Part shown: piece after piece, positions 10,319 to 21,131 of the stretch
How positions within the stretch are numbered: position 1 is the first letter of the stretch
How the letters are laid out: each line of letters begins with the position of its first letter
Assembly: GCA_051599415.1 (NCBI GenBank)
Contig: AP039696.1
Coordinates: 496,001-560,000, forward strand
From: Savitreella phatthalungensis
Lineage: Eukaryota
DNA: 64,000 nt
Direction: 5' to 3'
The notes under the pieces: model-generated
Told to the model about the DNA's origin: nothing
Seen by the model: only the letters and a program-made list of their open reading frames with translations
The model's database searches: none
Program-made: the position numbers and the translations under genes

Positions 10319-13219
10319 TCACGGCGATGCATAGCGTGGCGAGGAGCCAGGCAATGATGGGTGACGGCCACTGCGCGGAGAGGGCGCTTCATTGCTTCCG
10401 GCCACAACGTACGGTCCCGATCCAGGAGGTGATGCAGACGAGGCGTTCCGCAGACTCGCCTGCTGCTGTGGCGATAACGCCGCCAGTACCTGTTCCGGTG
10501 ATTGCGAGGCCGGATGAACTTGACCACCGTTGCCTTGCTGCATGTCGTGGGGCTGTAAAGTCCGGAATGCAGCCATATGGTATGCGTATTGCTGCTGCTG
10601 CTGCAGATTTGCAGACGGGAATTGTACACGCTGCGGCTGATTTGGCTGCAAATGCTGTTGCTGAGCTGCCATTCTCTGAGCCGCGAGGGCATCAGCCGTA
10701 TTGATCTTGGGCGGTGGAGCCCTGATCTGAGGGAAAGATTGAGCCCAGGCACCCATCAGCGGCGAGGGATCCCAGCCTGCAAGCGCGGGGCCGTCATATG
10801 GAGCGAAATCATCAATCGCTTCGAACTGGAGGTCGGCAGTCTGGTAATAATCTGGCGTTTCATCGTTCTGATGCTGAGGATTAATGTCGTGGGCTGTAGT
10901 GTGGTGCTGGAACTGCTGCTGGTGTCCGCTATCGGGCGTCAGGGTTGACCCGATCGGCGGCGTTACGAATGACTCGCTGAACGAGTAGTCATCTGCCTGA
11001 TGTGCTTCATACTGCTGCTGCCCAGTCGGGAACATCGCGGGTGCAGGTGAAGCGGAAATGAATTGCTCACGCGACTCTCGCATTTCGTTGTACTGCTTCT
11101 GCAGGGTCTCAAATGCCGGCGTCAGCTTTGGTGCAGTGAATTCGTGCGACCGGATACTTGTTTGACTGCCAAGAATGTGCTTGAGGACAGCCGCCTGTTG
11201 AGCCATTGCAGGTGTGCCCGATTTCGCCGTAAGGATCAAGAGCATGTTGAGACATCGGTCCAAAAAGTCACTGGTGCCTTCTGAAAATTCAGGCTCGGGA
11301 CACGTGGTGCAGACAGCTAGCAACATCGATGACACTATTGCAGCATAGATGGCCTGTATATTGCCTCGGACCTGGTAAAAGAATGAGTCGTCGCCATACT
11401 GACGATGGAGCATTTCCAGAAGGATCGTGATCTCCTTTGACTCTTCCAAGCAGATTCGAAGATGATGACGCCATTCTCCAGTCGCACCGTACTCTCCCTG
11501 CGAAACGACCCAAGCTCTGTGAACCACTAGGACGTGCAGAGCATGTGCAAGGTGCAGGTGCGCGTGAAAGTGGGACGGAAGAGCGGAGGCCGTGAAACAG
11601 TCGAATCTAAGACGTTCTGGCAGACGGAAACGCCACTGCATTTGCGCATCTTCGAGAGTCGGCCATATCGGCATCGCACTGAATGGGAAGGCGATACCCT
11701 GTGTCTGATATGTGTCTGTGACCTGTCGCATGATCTTATAGGCTCCGACCATGTAAACAAAGTTATTGTGAATGTCGCACTGCTCGGCATTCATGTAATG
11801 GGACACCGCTTCTGCAGGGACAAGCGTTAAGTCAACCGTGTCGATGCCAACGGTGCGCTCACGACCCTGACCTGCGCCCATGGTGTGATCGAAGATGAAG
11901 AGCGTCTGCCATATCCGCTTACCGAGGATGATCTCTTTGTCGAGAAGGCGAACATCGAGCAGACGATGGAATCCAAGGTCACGACCCATGCGCACAGCCA
12001 TGCCCAGTTGATGCCAACCTCTGTAGAAGAAGCCCCTGGATGATGGCCTCGTCTCAAGATTCTTTATGAGCAGCGTCTCAGCTTGCAGGGTCGAAAGACG
12101 GGGCGCCTCTGTGAATTGATAGCGAAGCCTTGGCACGAGATTCCACCACAGGTCACCTCGCGTCTCAGGATCACTCGATACTGTATAGACGCGCGGATCG
12201 TCTGAGAACCTCGCTGCTAGACCAAAGACAGCGAACAGCAGATACGGAGATAGTTTGTCGCGATCATTGAGGAATTCATGAAGGAAGCTAGCCTTGTCGA
12301 TGATCGGCACATACAGGTGGATCTTATCGAAATAGATATCGATGAGCTGCATGGCGAGATCTTCCGGAGGCATGTATTCTTGTAGTTCGGACACAGTGAC
12401 AGGAAGATCGAACAGACCAAGAGGCAGCTGGATATCTGGTATCGCACGCGTGATGATCTGCTCTGGGATTCTCGCTGCCTCCATCGGACTGGTGACCGTT
12501 CGCGGCTGATCAGCGAAAATCTCTGAACGCCCGCTGACCTGGATGTGCATCTTGTCAAAGACCGAGCTCAGGCTGTCGACCGAGACTGTGTCACGCTGTG
12601 GCTTTGGCGGATCATAGGCCGCCATTGTCGGAATGAAATTGAGATAGGCCGATTTTGAAGGTTTGCTTTTGCTTGACGGCACTGCTCCCGTCGGTCTGTT
12701 GTTTCCAGGACGCCATGGCTGCTGAGCATGTACTTGACGCATCTGCCGCGGATGCATTGGGTCCGTAGTGTTTGAGATCAGGCCAGATTCTCCCTGACTT
12801 TCAGAAGTTGCACTAGAGGATTGAGATTGTTTCCTGAGCTGCTCAAGAGCCGGCGGTTGTGGCGCTTGCTGTTTTTGATGCAGCTGTTGAGCATGATCAT
12901 GGCTCCTTGCAGAGCTGTCTTGCTCAGACAGTCTTTCGCGGGCAACGCGTGGCAAGTCGATCTCCTCGGCACCCTGAATTTGGGGCAAGATACATTCTAC
13001 TCGCAGGCGTCTGCATGATGTGCAAGGTTCTCCAGGCGCCATGTGAATGACATCACATCTGACCTTACGTTTCTTGCAGGAATCGCATGCTCTGGAGATC
13101 TTGATGCGCTTAGAGTTTCGCTCTGACTCGTCGACGAAGACATACTGTAAAGCTCCCTGTGCTGGGACAGATGCTGTCGATGTGTTCCCAGAGGCTGACA
13201 TGAGTCGACGATCATCCAT
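10319..13219 (-). CDS. Zn(II)2Cys6 fungal transcription factor with fungal-specific TF (middle homology) domain
   Basis: 'RACDSCKKRKVRCD...PCTSCRRLRVEC' binuclear cluster; 'LIDIYFDKIHLYVPIIDKASF' and 'GMAVRMGRDLGFHR...KRIWQTLFIFD'; Gln-rich tail. Confidence 0.93.
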   Translation of the reverse strand: MDDRRLMSASGNTSTASVPAQGALQYVFVDESERNSKRIKISRACDSCKKRKVRCDVIHMAPGEPCTSCRRLRVECILPQIQGAEEIDLPRVARERLSEQDSSARSHDHAQQLHQKQQAPQPPALEQLRKQSQSSSATSESQGESGLISNTTDPMHPRQMRQVHAQQPWRPGNNRPTGAVPSSKSKPSKSAYLNFIPTMAAYDPPKPQRDTVSVDSLSSVFDKMHIQVSGRSEIFADQPRTVTSPMEAARIPEQIITRAIPDIQLPLGLFDLPVTVSELQEYMPPEDLAMQLIDIYFDKIHLYVPIIDKASFLHEFLNDRDKLSPYLLFAVFGLAARFSDDPRVYTVSSDPETRGDLWWNLVPRLRYQFTEAPRLSTLQAETLLIKNLETRPSSRGFFYRGWHQLGMAVRMGRDLGFHRLLDVRLLDKEIILGKRIWQTLFIFDHTMGAGQGRERTVGIDTVDLTLVPAEAVSHYMNAEQCDIHNNFVYMVGAYKIMRQVTDTYQTQGIAFPFSAMPIWPTLEDAQMQWRFRLPERLRFDCFTASALPSHFHAHLHLAHALHVLVVHRAWVVSQGEYGATGEWRHHLRICLEESKEITILLEMLHRQYGDDSFFYQVRGNIQAIYAAIVSSMLLAVCTTCPEPEFSEGTSDFLDRCLNMLLILTAKSGTPAMAQQAAVLKHILGSQTSIRSHEFTAPKLTPAFETLQKQYNEMRESREQFISASPAPAMFPTGQQQYEAHQADDYSFSESFVTPPIGSTLTPDSGHQQQFQHHTTAHDINPQHQNDETPDYYQTADLQFEAIDDFAPYDGPALAGWDPSPLMGAWAQSFPQIRAPPPKINTADALAAQRMAAQQQHLQPNQPQRVQFPSANLQQQQQYAYHMAAFRTLQPHDMQQGNGGQVHPASQSPEQVLAALSPQQQASLRNASSASPPGSGPYVVAGSNEAPSPRSGRHPSLPGSSPRYASP

Positions 13220-15420
13220 GACCGAGCTTTCCCAAGGTCACTGCTCCAGCTAAAGATTTAGAACCCCAATGGTGCACGAGCAGGAGCAGAACTCTGCGAC
13301 CTGAATCAAAGAAAGTACATGATCAGCAAATACTGTGAGTGCTGAGCGGAGACGTTGAGTCGTTTTCCTATTAAGCTGATCTCTGGAGCAAGCGTCAATC
13401 GAGACAAGGAATGTGCGTGAGTACGCAGCAGTCTCGTGTGTAAATGCGTTACAGGCCGAATAGCGTATCCTGGAGTCTCAGGTGGAAAGAAATGAATTGT
13501 CAAGAACACTTTTGGGCGTCGCGATACGTTTGGTCACGCACGGCAGGGTAGCTCCGAAAGCTTGGGCGCAACCGATCTGTACGTCGTTTTGAATCACTTG
13601 TTATCTCATCTAGATCAGCACATCAACCTTCCCGAACTTGACCCGAACGAACGTGGTGAGCGACCGAGCCTCTGATCTCTTTGAGTCTCACTTTCTGTCT
13701 TGACTCGGCTTTGTTAATGGAAGAAGAGCAGCTTGGTTTCTGGCAAAGGGTGCAGGTGTGCCTTGTGGAGTTTGTGGAGCAGTGGAGCGGTGGAGCGGCA
13801 GGTGATCGAGCTCCAGATCTCCACACGGTCTATGAGACTGGCGCACAGGTCAGAGATGCACCTGCAGATTCAGAGGGATTTGATTCAGAAGCAGGCTGGA
13901 TAGACTTTGGCCTTGTGTAAATTCACAGCCACTGAATACATTGGCGATCTATCGTCTGAACGGTGTGGTACTCGTACGCCCGTGGTATTGCACGTGTGCT
14001 TTTGCAGTATTATTCATATGTCAAGCTGATACAAGTCCTCGTCTGATTGGCAAAATCCGATAACTGGAGTTCTAACCCGGGCCGGATGAGATTTCCCCAA
14101 TCAGATTTCTGAAAGCAATAATTCGTATCTTAGCAAGGATTTAGCTAGCTGCAGAACTCGCTCGAACCAGCATTATCACCGTAGCACAGCCAATCAGATA
14201 CTTTCTCAGCCATGGCTCTCGATCTCTGCCGTGCTCTGACATCTTTGATCAATGTCAGATTGAGCGATCGCATTCGCATGGCTTTCTGCAAACGCGGATG
14301 ATTCAGTCAATCTCAATGAAGTGGAACATAGCCTCGAAATCAGACAGTGTACAAAATGAATGTAGAGCGCGCCTCCGCTGCACATATGAGCTCCAATCCA
14401 TGCTGTGCATCATACTGAGATCTGTTTTCATCTTGGCTGATGTTGAGGTCGAATCGTGTAACAAGCACTAGATAGATGCCGGGTAAATCATCTTATCCAT
14501 ATCATCCGGTAATTGCAAGCTGCTGCAGCTTATGGTGGAACAATTGCAAAGTTGGGTTTTAAGACTATTCAGCACTTTTGAAGCCAAGCCTGTACTCACA
14601 TGTCATCTCATCTGTACACTACCATAAACTGACTGACTGTATTGCATGCATGCTGCACAGAATCAAGCTTGGGCAAGCTTTCTTCGAGTCCATCGACACA
14701 CTTTGGAGCCGAGACTCGATTGGCTGGAAGAGAAAGCCATCTGCACGATTCAGGCGTCAAGAGGCACTTCAACTGTTCACCATGACGAAACGTCGCTTAC
14801 TATACACTTGGCTACGCATATATGCATATGTGTATTGGCCATATCTTGTGCTGCTTCCGTCGACTGTCTATTGCTTCGTGAGCACAAATAGTAATCATAC
14901 CCGTATAGTGTACAATCCGCCTCCGCTAGACTAGATCTACTCCTTCAAGTGCTCAAGTTTTCCGGTAGAGATGTTTTCTGCTTTGCATGACCATCTCCTA
15001 ACTTCGTTCTCTAGGTTGTTGTGGTTGCAGAGCACCACGGCAGACAGCGCCCGTGCAGCAGCATCTTCCTGGCTAGGACCGTGCCGATTTGACCTGCTTG
15101 AGGTGGATATGGAGCAAGCAGCTGGATTGCTCCAATCGACTGGCCGTCTGAGATCATTAATCATCTAAATAATTGTGAAGCCAGGCATCGGAACGCGCCT
15201 CGCCGCGCCTCTGTCGCCGCTATATCCGCTCAGGTGCAGCGACGAAAGGTAATCTGCAAATCGCGCGCGATGATGAATGTCGAGCAAAGGCTTCTCCTCC
15301 GACACTTGCTCTGTTCACGGTGACAGCGCCAGGTTTCCTCCCTGAAGATTCCACTCGATTGTGCGATTGGGACAGAATCTCGTGATGCAGAGGATTTGCC
15401 GTTTTATGGGCCTGGCGATC

Positions 15421-15909
15421 TCATTCTCCCGGAAGTGCAACCACAATCTCACCCACAGGTTTCAGTACAAACTTGTCATCATCCTGTGCATCCTCCCCGT
15501 CGCTCGTCCCGCGATCTTCTCGCGCTTCGGCGCCCGGCTCGTCTGTGTGATGAAGCGACTCGGGTCCGACAAGAACCCTATTCAGCAATAACTTGAATTG
15601 CCTCGCTTTCTCCTGACGCTGTTGTTCTGTCGCCGACGCGTCTCTACGATCAAGCGAAGCGAGCGTGCCTATATCGACTAGATTGTCTGTCACGCGTTCG
15701 ACAATTTTCTGCAGTGCCTCTTGCTCTCGAAGCTGCTCCTCCAAGTTTGGTATGCTGGGAAATCCGTTGCCAGGTCTGTCGAGAATAGCAGATGGATCCT
15801 GTAGCAGGGGTGTTCTTTCAGATGGCCTATTTCTCCCACGTCCATGCCTCGAATCACTGTTGTCATCGTCGTCGCTGCTGCCAAAGCACAGTGACAGGCA
15901 GCCGCCCAT
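15421..15909 (-). CDS. Ego1/Meh1/LAMTOR1-like lipid-anchored Rag-GTPase scaffold
   Basis: From ATG 15909: MGGCLSLCFG (myristoylation Gly2 plus palmitoylatable Cys), acidic dileucine 'ERTPLL', LAMTOR-like helix 'EQEALQKIVERVTDNLVDI'. Confidence 0.72.
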   Translation of the reverse strand: MGGCLSLCFGSSDDDDNSDSRHGRGRNRPSERTPLLQDPSAILDRPGNGFPSIPNLEEQLREQEALQKIVERVTDNLVDIGTLASLDRRDASATEQQRQEKARQFKLLLNRVLVGPESLHHTDEPGAEAREDRGTSDGEDAQDDDKFVLKPVGEIVVALPGE

Positions 15910-16184
15910 GGTGAGATAGGATTGAGCCTCCTTGAGCGCCTGGTTGACTGATCGAAGGTAGCTCAATGTCCTGCGCGTCGTTTGAGGACGCAGATAAGCA
16001 TGCATTCTTCCCGATATCAGATATTCATGGCGATCAAATAGAGCTCCAGACGAATCCGATGTGCTCTATCGACTACACAGTACAAATATGTTCAGGGCGG
16101 ATGCACGACATCACCTTTCAGCTCGTCCAAGAGCGCTCCACATCACAGTGACTTGTGCAGGGGACTGTGCCCTTCGCCGGCGCG

Positions 16185-18137
16185 ATGAAGGTCGTCGCGC
16201 TCGTGTCGGGCGGGAAGGACTCGTGCTTCAATATGATGCATTGTGTTGCAGAAGGGCATGAGATCGTCGCTCTAGCGAACCTGTGTCCTCCGCCAGGCAA
16301 GCCGGATGAGCTTGATAGTTGGATGTTCCAGACCGTTGGCCATGACATTGTCGGTAGCTTGTATTCAGAAGCACTTCAGCTCCCTCTATACCGCCATCAT
16401 CTGACGGGAACGAATGTCAGTCAGGCAATGCATTACACACGCTCGCTTGGCGATGAGACAGAAAACCTCTTTGCCTTGTTGAAGGAGGTCTTGTCCGAGC
16501 ATCCTGATATCGAAGCAATTTCTGTGGGTGCAATTGCATCGAACTATCAGCGACTTCGCGTTGAAGATGTCGCGTCTCGTCTTGGACTCGTGGTCCTTGC
16601 ATACTTGTGGGAGCGGGACCAGACTTCGCTGTTGTCTGACATGGTCGACGCAGGCGTCGAGGCAATCTTGATCAAGACAGCGTGTGTCGGTCTAGACTCG
16701 AGACACTTAGGATGGACGCTCGCGAAAGCGCAAAACAGGCTGATGCAGCTTCACGCCCAATACGGCGTTCATCCATGCGGCGAAGGTGGCGAATATGAAA
16801 CTCTTGTGCTCGATTGTCCGATCTTCATGCGGCGGCTCGAGCTAATTGATGAGCAGCGCAAGGATTCTGAGGATGGTACTTCATATCTCAAAGCGGGAGC
16901 TGTCCTGATAGACAAGGCGCAGGCGGCAGACAGCTCATGGCAACGTATATGTCTCAAATCAAGTCAGCTAGACCTTCCGTTCACACGCATAAAGTGGCCG
17001 CAACTGAACGACAGACAGTTCTCACCCGTCGAGCTGAAGAAAATGGATGCTCAACCGCAAGGACTAACAAAGGTCGATTCTGCAGCTGCGCTGACCATTA
17101 ACCGATATGTCTTCACCGATGAAAATATCAACGACCTTGGTCACGCCGTGCAAGGGCCTCGGGAGGATGTTCTCGTATGTTTTCTGGTCTTACGATCTAT
17201 GGCAGACTTTGCAGCTGTCAATGCGCAGTACGCACGCTTGTGGCAAGGCTTTCATCCACCTGCGCGAGTCTGCGTTGCGTCGCACTTTCTTGATCAAAAT
17301 ACTCGCGCAGTCATGCACGTCGTACGACCCACCTACCGAACCACAGATCCGAATGACAACGGTCAGCGACTCTGGGTACAGTCGCAATCGTTCTGGGCGC
17401 CTGCCAACATTGGACCTTATTCGCAGTCGGCAGTTTCATCGGTTCTTGGAGCTGGTGCTGCGAAGCATCGCATCGGATTCGTCAGTGGACAGATTGGCTT
17501 GATACCGAGCACGATGGCTCTACCCTTGACGGATGTAAGATCGCAGATTCAATGGAGTCTTCAAAGCTTACTGCGCATCGTCGCATCCCAGTCACTCTTG
17601 AAGAGTGTCGGTAGCCAGACAGGTAGTGCTGTGCTGGTGGCGTATCTTATCGATGTGGCACACGTTGATGATGCGAGAGCGGCTGCGCGTCAAGTAGGGT
17701 TCGGCCTTGGCAATTCGCGGACGCTATACGACACGGTGAACTCAGACGAGCATCCGACAGAGGGAGGTCGAAGTTGGCGAGATTGTTCTCTGACACCGGA
17801 AGAATCTCCTGTTGAGCTGTTGACAATAGTGATGGCTCCTGGTGCTACCTTGCCACGCGACGCCGCAGTTGAATGGCAGCTGATCGCTCTTTCGCCAGCC
17901 GCCAGCACAGACGATGAAGTGAGTGATGACGATGATAATGATAACAAAGAACGGGTCAAAGCATCTGGATCTCTTCCGAGTTTGTCGGTTTCTACCATGC
18001 GCATACCAGTGCAGGAGGAATTTCTCGACCTGATCACGTTTGATGTACAACACACTGACGACTTTACCATTCCCGCCCAGCTCATCGTACTTGACGACGA
18101 CACCACTGTACAACGAGCGACTGTTCGGTACGTCTAG
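16185..18137 (+). CDS. DPH6: Diphthine--ammonia ligase with C-terminal YjgF/RidA-like domains
   Basis: 'MKVVALVSGGKDS' PP-loop, 'ELDSWMFQTVGH', 'GAIASNYQRLRVE', 'HPCGEGGEYETLVLDCP', 'QSFWAPANIGPYSQ'. Confidence 0.95.
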   Translation: MKVVALVSGGKDSCFNMMHCVAEGHEIVALANLCPPPGKPDELDSWMFQTVGHDIVGSLYSEALQLPLYRHHLTGTNVSQAMHYTRSLGDETENLFALLKEVLSEHPDIEAISVGAIASNYQRLRVEDVASRLGLVVLAYLWERDQTSLLSDMVDAGVEAILIKTACVGLDSRHLGWTLAKAQNRLMQLHAQYGVHPCGEGGEYETLVLDCPIFMRRLELIDEQRKDSEDGTSYLKAGAVLIDKAQAADSSWQRICLKSSQLDLPFTRIKWPQLNDRQFSPVELKKMDAQPQGLTKVDSAAALTINRYVFTDENINDLGHAVQGPREDVLVCFLVLRSMADFAAVNAQYARLWQGFHPPARVCVASHFLDQNTRAVMHVVRPTYRTTDPNDNGQRLWVQSQSFWAPANIGPYSQSAVSSVLGAGAAKHRIGFVSGQIGLIPSTMALPLTDVRSQIQWSLQSLLRIVASQSLLKSVGSQTGSAVLVAYLIDVAHVDDARAAARQVGFGLGNSRTLYDTVNSDEHPTEGGRSWRDCSLTPEESPVELLTIVMAPGATLPRDAAVEWQLIALSPAASTDDEVSDDDDNDNKERVKASGSLPSLSVSTMRIPVQEEFLDLITFDVQHTDDFTIPAQLIVLDDDTTVQRATVRYV

Positions 18138-18184
18138 TTGATTACATGTAGTCTGGAAAACGATTTCCGTTTCGAAGGTATTCG

Positions 18185-21040
18185 TTACAAAGTGTCAAAG
18201 GTGCGAGACGAGTCCTGTACGCCGGCACTCCGAGGAGGCCGAGGAGGCGGCATCTGGTGAGGCACAGGCTGCTGCTGCTGCCAAGTCAAGACGTCCTCTT
18301 TCCAAGCAGCAATATCGGCGCGCGTCAGACCACCGTGCTGTGGGAAGTGTTTGCGAGACACAGCGTGTGTCCCACCGGTACCCCAAGATTTGCTTCGCCG
18401 GTGTAATGACTTGGGTGGTAACGCTGGAGGCCGGCTTGTCCTGGCAGGAACAACAGCAGCAGTCGCGGCGCTCTGTGGCTGCTTGAAGATGTGCAATTCT
18501 GGTGGGGATGCATTTGACGGCCGTTGATGCTGGCTATCGGACGACTCCGTCGTGAGCTTTTCCTCGCTTGAGGGCTCTACCAACGACGCCGATGCTGATT
18601 CACGAGCACGCAGATGCAGTGTGAAGCGCGTGCTCGGAGGTGGTCCGTACTGACTACCGTAGTGACTAGAAGATGGGCGTATCTTTGGCACTTCCAACTT
18701 CTGAGCCCCACTGACAATTCCTGAGTCGTCAAGTCGCGCGGATGCTTCGGCTTCAACTGCTTGAGCAGTGACAGCGTTTCTTCGTGCGCACTTTTCGACG
18801 CTGTCTGCGACCACTGAAGCAAGGAAATCGTGCGAAGTTGCAGGTAGTTCTGGCGCTGGGCCCGCTTCAAAGCTGCTGGCTGTCTCGGCTGTACGGATAT
18901 CTCGGGAATTTATGAGCTGTACCGGGAGCTCGCCATCACGCGCTCTCGCCTTCCCCTTCGTCTTGTCCTTGCGGATCGCATTGATTGTCAAGCCGAGTAA
19001 AGCGGATGCTTTGCCGTTAGCCTTGTAAGTTTGATTGACGTCTGGGCGGCGACCTGGTTTCAAAAAGGTCCTATAGCTCGAGTCGGTGACACGTGTGCAG
19101 TGCGCTTCCGCTACAGAGTTTTTGGAAGTCTGCAGAACAGGCGAGCTGCAAGACTCTGATGTTGCTGCGGCAGACGGAGATCCAAGCGTTGTGCTGCCAG
19201 AGCTAGCCTCGTGACGATGCCTTGCGAATCGCCCTCTTTTCGGCGATGGTAGCCATTTTTGTTTCAGCTTCGGTCGTAGAGCCGGTGGCGGATTCTGGAG
19301 ATTTGTTGAGACTGGACCAAGTTGTATCGAAGCAATGGCTCTGTCCAACTCATCCTGTAGACGCTGAGTATCGAATATCGAGAGGCGCTTTGGGATGTTG
19401 GTGGATTCACCACGTGCACCATTTGGTGACGGCTCTTCTGCTATTGTCTCACAAATGACATGTGGTTGTAAGAACAGTGCTGTCGGACGCGAACGACGCT
19501 GTTGTATTGGATCCGTGATGGCCGAGAGAGGTCGCAAGGAGATTGCAGAGTTGCGCTCGTTGCTGGCCGTCTCAAGGTCGTTCGCGGTTCCATTTGCCGT
19601 ATCAACATCAGAAGACGTGCTGTGCTTGCTGCTCGGCTTCGAGATGGTATTCCTGGACGGCGTAAAAAGAGCGGTCGGGGAGCTCGGGTGTGACATGCTG
19701 AACTTCGAGCGCGGCTCCACCGGACTGGCCGTGGAGATGCTGAAGCCGGATCGCGGCTCGACGGGACTCGCCACGGACATGCTGAACCCAGAGCGGGGCT
19801 CTGCAGGACTCGCAATTGACATGCTGAACTTTGATGCGGGTACGACTATCGGAGGCGGACGATGGATCGTGGTTGACGTCGGTTTGATTGGGCCTGTAGC
19901 ATCGTCGCCGAGTTGCCGTGGCCCAGATGACGCAGATGAGGGGGCCGCCAATGGCGGGCCGCGCAGTGACGGTGGACGAGCTGGGAGAGGCTTGCTTAGG
20001 TTGGACCTGAAGCTGCCCTGATTTTTCTCATCTCCCGTCTGGTTGGATCGCCATGTTCGCTCGAGATCTCCACGCCAGACGTCCGGGCTGCTGTACAACT
20101 GACTGCCGAAGAGCGACCGCCATGTACCTCCAGGTTCCCTTGTGGCGATCGTATCAATGGAGTCGTACACGGCTGTAGGATGCGAGATCAGAGGTTTGGA
20201 TTGGTGAGCATTCCGACGGATCCTCCATCTGCCAAGGAAATCCATGATCGGTTGACGCACTCCGATGGCGTTGGCACAGATGATCGCAACGTTGATCTCT
20301 ACGGCGGTCCAGTGGTTGATGCACGCGGAGACAAGTCCAGAGAACGTTTCGAGGTCAATCTCGTCGTTTGGCAGGCTCGCGACCAGGCGACGCAAGCAGG
20401 CTGCAATGACCAGTAGCGCGAAGAGAACGAGCAGAGCCAATGCACTTTTCTCGCGTCGCTTCAGCGTTGTGCAATGTAGCAAGGCCGGCAGAGGCAGTAT
20501 CATTAATGTCAGATCCAGCTGTGATCGGAAGATCTGAGGCGCATAAGCTAGGAGGGCAACATTCGTCGCGTTGTGCAAGCATGTGTCTGTGAGATCAGGT
20601 GCCCAAAAGACTCGTGCGGGTCCACATAGACACGAATGAACAATAATCTCTGCCAGAGTGCCGAGCGCACACTCAATTAGAACAGCATCGCACGCGAGGC
20701 GGTAATGCTTCGAGAAATCACTCGCCAACTGACGCCAGACAGTAGCCACGGACAGCTGGGCCAAACCTAGGCCGCCGTAAAGACTGATCGTCGAGACGAA
20801 TGAAAAGCGTGTGACGATTTCCCAGTCCACATCGACCTCGAGAAGAGCACGAGTGCCATATGAGGTTGTAATGGCGATGATCAGTGCACAGATCCAAGCA
20901 GGGACGATGAAGAAATCGTCCCATCTCCAGAATCCTGTTTGTTGAACCCGAAGAATGAGCCGAATAACTGTCAAACCGCCTGAAGCAGCCGTCAGACCAG
21001 AAACGACGAGCAGATATTCTGTCGTACTGAATTGCGACAT
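18185..21040 (-). CDS. PTH11-like (fungal rhodopsin-domain) 7TM protein with a long disordered C-terminal tail
   Basis: About seven hydrophobic segments in the first ~270 aa, with family motifs 'RLILR...WDDFFI', 'CGPARVFW...C', 'DLTLMILPLP', 'WTAVEINVAIICAN'. The remainder is S/P-rich low complexity. Confidence 0.8.
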   Translation of the reverse strand: MSQFSTTEYLLVVSGLTAASGGLTVIRLILRVQQTGFWRWDDFFIVPAWICALIIAITTSYGTRALLEVDVDWEIVTRFSFVSTISLYGGLGLAQLSVATVWRQLASDFSKHYRLACDAVLIECALGTLAEIIVHSCLCGPARVFWAPDLTDTCLHNATNVALLAYAPQIFRSQLDLTLMILPLPALLHCTTLKRREKSALALLVLFALLVIAACLRRLVASLPNDEIDLETFSGLVSACINHWTAVEINVAIICANAIGVRQPIMDFLGRWRIRRNAHQSKPLISHPTAVYDSIDTIATREPGGTWRSLFGSQLYSSPDVWRGDLERTWRSNQTGDEKNQGSFRSNLSKPLPARPPSLRGPPLAAPSSASSGPRQLGDDATGPIKPTSTTIHRPPPIVVPASKFSMSIASPAEPRSGFSMSVASPVEPRSGFSISTASPVEPRSKFSMSHPSSPTALFTPSRNTISKPSSKHSTSSDVDTANGTANDLETASNERNSAISLRPLSAITDPIQQRRSRPTALFLQPHVICETIAEEPSPNGARGESTNIPKRLSIFDTQRLQDELDRAIASIQLGPVSTNLQNPPPALRPKLKQKWLPSPKRGRFARHRHEASSGSTTLGSPSAAATSESCSSPVLQTSKNSVAEAHCTRVTDSSYRTFLKPGRRPDVNQTYKANGKASALLGLTINAIRKDKTKGKARARDGELPVQLINSRDIRTAETASSFEAGPAPELPATSHDFLASVVADSVEKCARRNAVTAQAVEAEASARLDDSGIVSGAQKLEVPKIRPSSSHYGSQYGPPPSTRFTLHLRARESASASLVEPSSEEKLTTESSDSQHQRPSNASPPELHIFKQPQSAATAAVVPARTSRPPALPPKSLHRRSKSWGTGGTHAVSRKHFPQHGGLTRADIAAWKEDVLTWQQQQPVPHQMPPPRPPRSAGVQDSSRTFDTL
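19692..19831 (-). repeat. Coding minisatellite, 42-bp period (14 aa, consensus xFSMSxASPVEPRS)
   Basis: GA(C/G)ATGCTGAA recurs on the + strand at 19692, 19734, 19776 and 19818. Confidence 0.9.
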
Positions 21041-21131
21041 ACAGGTAACTAGCTCGTTGACATGGGCAGTGCGTGTCTATCACTGATGTAGGCAAGTTGA
21101 TGTTTCGTGGACCTTGCTAGTCACGCGGTAT

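Noticed and set aside
13300..15400. Several 65-118 aa ORFs upstream of the Zn2Cys6 gene
   Set aside because: No coding-like composition or domains; more likely a long promoter or 5' UTR.
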